A DNA stretch of 64,000 bases from an uncultured Candidatus Rokubacteria bacterium (GTDB lineage Bacteria > Methylomirabilota > Methylomirabilia > Rokubacteriales > DASRDR01): the NCBI GenBank assembly GCA_963826115.1, contig CAWGVS010000006.1:960001-1024000 (forward strand), given 5' to 3'. Made by a program: the position numbers and the translations under genes. Below, piece after piece: positions 59,193 through 64,000 of this stretch. The notes below the pieces were generated by a model. The model made no database searches. It worked only from the letters and a program-made list of their open reading frames with translations, and was not told the origin of the DNA. The first letter of the stretch is position 1. Every line of letters begins with the position of its first letter.

Positions 59193-59981
59193 GTGACGAC
59201 AGGCGTCGCGGGAGAGATCCTGCTGGAGCGCGAGGGGCGCGTGGCGCTCCTCACGGTCAGCCGCGCCGAGGCGCGGAATGCCATGACGTTCGAGATGTAC
59301 GAGGCGCTGCACGACCACATGGAGCGGCTCGACGCCGACGGCGACATCCGGGCCGTCATTCTGCGGGGCGCGGGCGACAAGGCCTTCGTCAGCGGCACCG
59401 ACATCCGGCAGTTCCTCGAGTTCCGGACGCGGGAGCACGCCCTCGCGTACGAGGCGCGGATCGGCCGCGTGCTCCGGCGGATCCACGCGATGACGAAGCC
59501 GACGATCGCGATGGTGCAGGGGGACGCCGTGGGCGGGGGGCTCTTCATGTCGCTCGCGTGCGATCTGCGCCTGGCGGCCGTCCACGCGCGCTTCGGGGCG
59601 CCCGTTGCCCGCACCCTCGGGAACTGCCCGGCGCCGACGAGCGTGGCGCTCCTCGCGGCCACCGTCGGACCCATCCGGGCGCGGGAGCTCATGCTCACCG
59701 CGAGGCTCGTCGACGCGCCGGAGGCGAAGGGCATCGGGCTCGTCGACGAGGTCCACCCCGCCGACGCGCTCGAGCGGCGGGCGCGCGAGCTCGCCGCCCA
59801 GATCGCGACCTACGCCCCGCTCACCCTCGCCGCGGCCAAGGAGGCCACGCGCCGCATCCTCGGGTCGTTCGCCGTGAAGGATGCGGAGGACCTCCTGCTC
59901 TCCTGCTACCTGAGCGAGGACTTCCAGGAGGGCGTCCGGGCCTTTCTCGAGAAGCGGCGCCCGGAGTGGAAGGGCCGCTGA
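59193..59981 (+). CDS. Enoyl-CoA hydratase/isomerase family protein
   Basis: RNAM, AFVSGTDI, AVGGG, CDLR, SEDFQEGVRAFLEKR. Confidence 0.93.
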   Translation: MTTGVAGEILLEREGRVALLTVSRAEARNAMTFEMYEALHDHMERLDADGDIRAVILRGAGDKAFVSGTDIRQFLEFRTREHALAYEARIGRVLRRIHAMTKPTIAMVQGDAVGGGLFMSLACDLRLAAVHARFGAPVARTLGNCPAPTSVALLAATVGPIRARELMLTARLVDAPEAKGIGLVDEVHPADALERRARELAAQIATYAPLTLAAAKEATRRILGSFAVKDAEDLLLSCYLSEDFQEGVRAFLEKRRPEWKGR

Positions 59982-61159
59982 CGGCAACCGGCGCGGCGGT
60001 CGACGTCGCGGTCGTGGGTGCCGGGCCCGCGGGGGCGACGGTGGCGCTCGTCCTTGCCCGGGCGGGCGTGGCGGTCGCGCTCCTCGACCGGGCGCCGCTC
60101 CCGCGGGACAAGACGTGCGGCGGCGGCGTGGTCGCGCGGGCCCTCGACGCGATCCCCGCCGGCGTGGAGCTTCCCGTCGAGCGGCGCCTCGGGCGGGTCG
60201 AGTCACGGTTCCGGGACGCGGGGGTGGCCGTGACCGTCGAGCGGTCGGTGCCGCTCGTCCACATGACGATGCGCGCGCCGCTCGACCTCGCGATCGCCGA
60301 GGCCGCGCGCGCCGCCGGCGCCCGGCTCGAGGCCCCGCGCGCCGTGGAGCGCGTCCGGCTCGAGGCGGATCACGTCGAGCTCGAGACGACGGGCGGGTTT
60401 CTTCGCGCGGGGTTCCTGGTCGCGGCCGACGGCGCCACCGGGTCCACCGCGCGCGCGGCGGGGTGGACGGAGCCGCTCGACTCGGTGCCCGCCCTCGAGG
60501 CCGAGGTCGAGGTGCCGCCCGCGGTCATGGCGCGCTTCGCGGATCGCGCCCGATTCGATCTCGGCGTTCCCGAGGGCGGCTACGGCTGGGTGTTCCCGAA
60601 GGCCGATCACCTCTCGGTCGGTGTCGGCGTCTTCGCGCGCGGCGACGCGCGGCGGCGCCTCCGCGACGAGCTCTCGCGCTACCTCGCCGACGCCGGCCTC
60701 GGCGAGGCGCGGGTGCGGCGTCTTCGCGGCGCCCCGATCCCGGTGCGGGCCCGCCGGGATCCCGCGCGCGGCCGTGTCCTCCTCGTCGGCGACGCCGCGG
60801 GCCTGGCGGATCCGCTCACGGGGGAGGGGATCTCGCTCGCGATGCTGAGCGGGCGCCTCGCCGCGGAGTCGCTCCTCCAGGCAGGTCTGGGCGCCGGTGC
60901 CGCGCGAGTCTACCGCGCGGCTCTCCGGCGGCGCGTCCTCGGCGAGCTCCGCATCGCGCGAGGCCTCGCGTGGGTGCTCTATCGCCGGCCGGGCCTCGCA
61001 CGCCGGCTCCTCCCGAGCCTGGGCCAGCTGGCCGGCGAGGCGCTGACGGAGGTCGTGGCGGGCCATCGCACGTATCGGTCCCTGATCGAGAGCGGCCGCG
61101 CGTGGCGACGGCTCCTGGCCATCCTCCTTCTCCGACCACCGTCCCCTCGGCCGGCATGA
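59966..61159 (+). CDS. Geranylgeranyl reductase family FAD-dependent oxidoreductase
   Basis: VVGAGPAG, PRDKTCGGG, AADGA, YGWVFPK, VGDAAGLADPLTGEGI. Confidence 0.9.
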   Translation: MEGPLTATGAAVDVAVVGAGPAGATVALVLARAGVAVALLDRAPLPRDKTCGGGVVARALDAIPAGVELPVERRLGRVESRFRDAGVAVTVERSVPLVHMTMRAPLDLAIAEAARAAGARLEAPRAVERVRLEADHVELETTGGFLRAGFLVAADGATGSTARAAGWTEPLDSVPALEAEVEVPPAVMARFADRARFDLGVPEGGYGWVFPKADHLSVGVGVFARGDARRRLRDELSRYLADAGLGEARVRRLRGAPIPVRARRDPARGRVLLVGDAAGLADPLTGEGISLAMLSGRLAAESLLQAGLGAGAARVYRAALRRRVLGELRIARGLAWVLYRRPGLARRLLPSLGQLAGEALTEVVAGHRTYRSLIESGRAWRRLLAILLLRPPSPRPA

Positions 61160-61196
61160 GGGGGCACGCGGCACGCGCTCCCACGGAGGTCAGTCG

Positions 61197-61913
61197 ATGA
61201 CAGAGGCTCCGATCCCCGCCGAGAAGCTCGAGCAGCTCGGGCGCATCCCCACCCAGACGCTGATCGACGCCATGTGGGTCAAGCAGTGGCCGCAGTCGAT
61301 GATCCACGGCGCGCGGCCGCTGTTCCCCGGCCGGCGGATGGCCGGACGCGCCGTCACGCTCCGGTTCGTGCCTCACCGGCCGGACGTGGCGGCCGACAAG
61401 CCGAAGGGCGAGGCGTCGCCGGAGTACGTCGCCTTCGAGCTCTGCGGCCCGCACGACGTGCTGGTCGCGTCGTCGATCGGCCCGTGGGAGTCGATCGGCG
61501 GGGACATCAAGTTCTTCCGGCTCCACCAGCGCCAGGCGGCCGGCCTCGTCACCGACGGCGCCGTGCGCGACAGCGAGGCGCTCCGGGGCTACGGCCTGCC
61601 CGTGTACTGCACCTCGACCACGGCCAAGCAGGGACCGGCGGTCCACTGGCCCTGGGGCGTGAACGAGGTCATCGCGTGCGGCGGGGTCGTGGTGCGTCCC
61701 GGGGACGCCGTGGTGGGCGATGACGACGGCGTCGTGGTGGTGCCGGCGCTGCTGGTCGACGAGGTCATCCAGGTGGCGACCGAACGCCAGGCCGTCGAGC
61801 GCGTGGTCAAGCGCGAGCTCGAGCTCCACCCCGGGTCGCCCGGCCGCTACTACCCGTTCAACGAGGCGACCTGGAAACTCTACGAGGACTACAAGCGCCG
61901 CGGCGACGCCTGA
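61197..61913 (+). CDS. RraA-like / HMG-CHA aldolase family protein
   Basis: GRAVTLRFVP, GGDI, VTDGAVRD, CGGVVVRPGDAVVGDDDGVVVVP. Confidence 0.88.
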   Translation: MTEAPIPAEKLEQLGRIPTQTLIDAMWVKQWPQSMIHGARPLFPGRRMAGRAVTLRFVPHRPDVAADKPKGEASPEYVAFELCGPHDVLVASSIGPWESIGGDIKFFRLHQRQAAGLVTDGAVRDSEALRGYGLPVYCTSTTAKQGPAVHWPWGVNEVIACGGVVVRPGDAVVGDDDGVVVVPALLVDEVIQVATERQAVERVVKRELELHPGSPGRYYPFNEATWKLYEDYKRRGDA

Positions 61914-61935
61914 TCTTCCGAGCGAGGCAGGGGCC

Positions 61936-62703
61936 TCAGACCGGTCGGCGCGCGGTCGGCGCAAGGTCCGCGAGTCGCACCACGACGGCGGTCACGTTGT
62001 CGTGGGTGCCGGCGAGGAGCGCCGCGCGGACGAGCGCGTCGGCGGCGGCCAGGGGCGACGGGGCCCGGCGGACGACGGCCCCGGCGTCCTCGACGTCGAG
62101 CACGTCCCAGATTCCGTCGGTCGCGAGCACGAGCGCGACGTCGTCGGCCTCGAGCGCGTGCCGGCGGACCTCGGGCTCCGCGATCACGCCCACCGCCCGG
62201 AACCACCGGTCGCCCAGGCTCCGGGTCATCATGAGCCCGCGGCTGCCCCGGACGACGTAGGGCGGCTCGAGCCCGGCGCCCATCCGGAGGACGCGAGCCC
62301 GCTCGTCATCGGCCTCGATCCGGTGGTCGCGCGTCAGGGCGGTGGCGCCGGCCCGGCCGATGCGGACGACGCGACTGTCACCGACATGGGCCGTGACGAG
62401 CGTGTCGCCGGTCAGGAGGAGTGCCGCGGCCGTCGAGCCGCAGTCGAGGTCGTCCGTCGCCTCCGCCAGCTCCTCGAACCCCTGCCGGAGGGCGTCGGGC
62501 GGCTCGCGCCCGGCCTGGAGCGCCCGGAGGACCGCCAGGTGAAGCCCGGCCGCGGCGCGGTCCGCCGCCTCGGCGCCGCCGTGGCCGTCGTACACGGCGG
62601 CGAAGAGCCCACCGGGCGTGACGTGCGCCGCCCAGCGGTCTTCCATGTGGGAGCGCAGGCCGACGTCGGCGGCGACGCCGACCCCCGCCGGCAGCGCGGT
62701 CAC
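61936..62703 (-). CDS. PP2C/PPM Ser/Thr protein phosphatase
   Basis: MEDR, VYDGHGG, GSTA, HVGDSR, DH, TRSLGD, LATDGIWD, DNVT. Confidence 0.92.
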   Translation of the reverse strand: MTALPAGVGVAADVGLRSHMEDRWAAHVTPGGLFAAVYDGHGGAEAADRAAAGLHLAVLRALQAGREPPDALRQGFEELAEATDDLDCGSTAAALLLTGDTLVTAHVGDSRVVRIGRAGATALTRDHRIEADDERARVLRMGAGLEPPYVVRGSRGLMMTRSLGDRWFRAVGVIAEPEVRRHALEADDVALVLATDGIWDVLDVEDAGAVVRRAPSPLAAADALVRAALLAGTHDNVTAVVVRLADLAPTARRPV

Positions 62704-63137
62704 GGCTTGGGGCGCACGGGGGCGTCGAGGCGCGGGCTGCCCGCCCACTCAACGACGGTGTCGTCGCCCTCGAGGATCACGTAGAAGACCGTCGGCCCGA
62801 AGGAGCTCGCGGCGTCGCCCCACACCCGCGCGATGAGCGCGCGCCGGTCCGACTCCTCGTCCGCGAGGATCAGCACGATGTAGTCCTTCGTGCCGTCCCG
62901 GTCCACGTCGACGATGCCGGGCGGCATCGCCTCCTCCCAGTGCTCGGTGCCCGTCTGGAAGCGGAGCGCCTCGCCGTCGGGCGCGAGCGCGAGCGGGCGC
63001 TCGTTGGCGGACACGAGCTTCGCCTGCATCTCGGGCGGGAGGAGCTGCACTTGAGCGGCAGCGACCGTCGGCCAGGCCACCAGGAGGGCCGCGGCGACGA
63101 GCGCGGCCGCGATCGCCCCGCGCGCGGCGATTGTCAT
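62700..63137 (-). CDS. Exported hypothetical protein with DxDxDG Ca-binding-like loop
   Basis: Signal peptide, DVDRDGTKDY; 4-nt overlaps with both neighbours. Confidence 0.6.
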   Translation of the reverse strand: MTIAARGAIAAALVAAALLVAWPTVAAAQVQLLPPEMQAKLVSANERPLALAPDGEALRFQTGTEHWEEAMPPGIVDVDRDGTKDYIVLILADEESDRRALIARVWGDAASSFGPTVFYVILEGDDTVVEWAGSPRLDAPVRPKP

Positions 63138-63997
63138 CGCCGCGTCGGCGTCTCGCCCGTCTGCCGGATCTCGTCCAGGACCGGCAGGAGGTACGTGCGG
63201 AAGCGCTCCGGGTGCTCGCTCATGGGGAAGTGGCCGAGCTCCTTCATGATCGTGAGCCGGGCACCGGGAATCCGGGCGGCCGTTTCGCGCGTGTCGTCGG
63301 GCGTGCACGAGAAGTCGTACTCCCCGGTCAGGAGGTAGAGCGGGCACCGCGACGTGTCGATCCGGCCGACGCGGTCGCGGAGGTCGCCTTCCGACCGGTA
63401 GAAGTGAAGGTCCCCGCGGAACACTCCCGGCCCGCCCTGCGCGTAGAGCCAGAGCGTCTCCCACCGCGACTCCGCGGGCGCGTGGGGCGCGATGAGACCC
63501 GACATGAGCGCGCTGCACAGCTCGCCGCCGTGGACGTCGGGGCGGTGGAGCCACGAGGTGTCGTCGTACCAGGGCGTCTGGTAGGCGGCGGCCTCGAGAC
63601 CGACCAGCGCGCGGAAGCGCTCGGGAGCGCGGAGGGCAAGCTCGAGCACGATCTTCCCGCCGATCGAGCAGCCGAGGATCACCGGCCGCGCGAGCCCGAG
63701 CGCCTGGCAGAAGGCGAGGATCAGCTCGACGTAGGCGGCGGTCGTGAGCCGGTACTCCTCGTCCTGCCAGCCGGCCGGCGGCAGCGACTTTCCGTGCCGC
63801 GGCATGTCGAAGGCGAGCACCCGCCAGTGCCGGGTCACGGCTTCGTCGGTCATCAGGTGCCGGAACTGCCGACCGTCCGCGCCGGCGGTGTGGAGGCAGA
63901 CGAGCGGCCACCCCTGGCCGGCCTCCTCGAAGTAGACGCGGTGCGTCCGGCCGCCGAGGTCGAGGTGGAGATACCGGCCCACGATCGGCTCGAGCAC
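63134..63997 (-). CDS. Alpha/beta hydrolase; may start beyond the window edge
   Basis: LHTAGADGRQ, DMPRHGKS, GCSIGG, GEYD, LGHFPMSE. Confidence 0.9.
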   Translation of the reverse strand: MLEPIVGRYLHLDLGGRTHRVYFEEAGQGWPLVCLHTAGADGRQFRHLMTDEAVTRHWRVLAFDMPRHGKSLPPAGWQDEEYRLTTAAYVELILAFCQALGLARPVILGCSIGGKIVLELALRAPERFRALVGLEAAAYQTPWYDDTSWLHRPDVHGGELCSALMSGLIAPHAPAESRWETLWLYAQGGPGVFRGDLHFYRSEGDLRDRVGRIDTSRCPLYLLTGEYDFSCTPDDTRETAARIPGARLTIMKELGHFPMSEHPERFRTYLLPVLDEIRQTGETPTRR

Positions 63998-64000
63998 GGC

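Noticed and set aside
1-64000. tRNA, rRNA, riboswitch, prophage or integrase
   Set aside because: No recognisable signature by eye; an Infernal/tRNAscan run is needed to exclude small RNAs formally

Overview
Very GC-rich bacterial chromosomal segment of about 60 CDS. No rRNA, tRNA, CRISPR array, transposase or integrase was seen. The mix of transporters (TTT, several ABC systems), LLM/F420 oxidoreductases, cyclase, SDRs and an outer-membrane beta-barrel suggests a diderm soil lineage such as Ca. Rokubacteria/Methylomirabilota; this is inference only. Recognisable content: FTR1 iron permease plus cupredoxin behind a DtxR/MntR-like palindrome, a sugar ABC operon, tctBAC plus isomerase, a MacAB-like efflux operon, a plant-like UDP-apiose/xylose synthase with a GT2 and a GT-C/ILEI protein, a Dpp-type ABC operon with two hydrolases, ppdK, a DksA/TraR paralog, an SLT protein and a eukaryote-type PP2C. 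The best candidate for an undescribed system is 35.1-41.5 kb. There a TPR plus outer-membrane beta-barrel protein (Slam/type XI-like architecture) sits head-to-head with two tandem secreted paralogs (near-identical ends, divergent core) and a beta-propeller protein, all three carrying C-x3-P-x2/3-C motifs and Pro-rich tails; a Pro/Gly-rich secreted protein follows the barrel. All calls come from reading motifs by eye; no database search was run.
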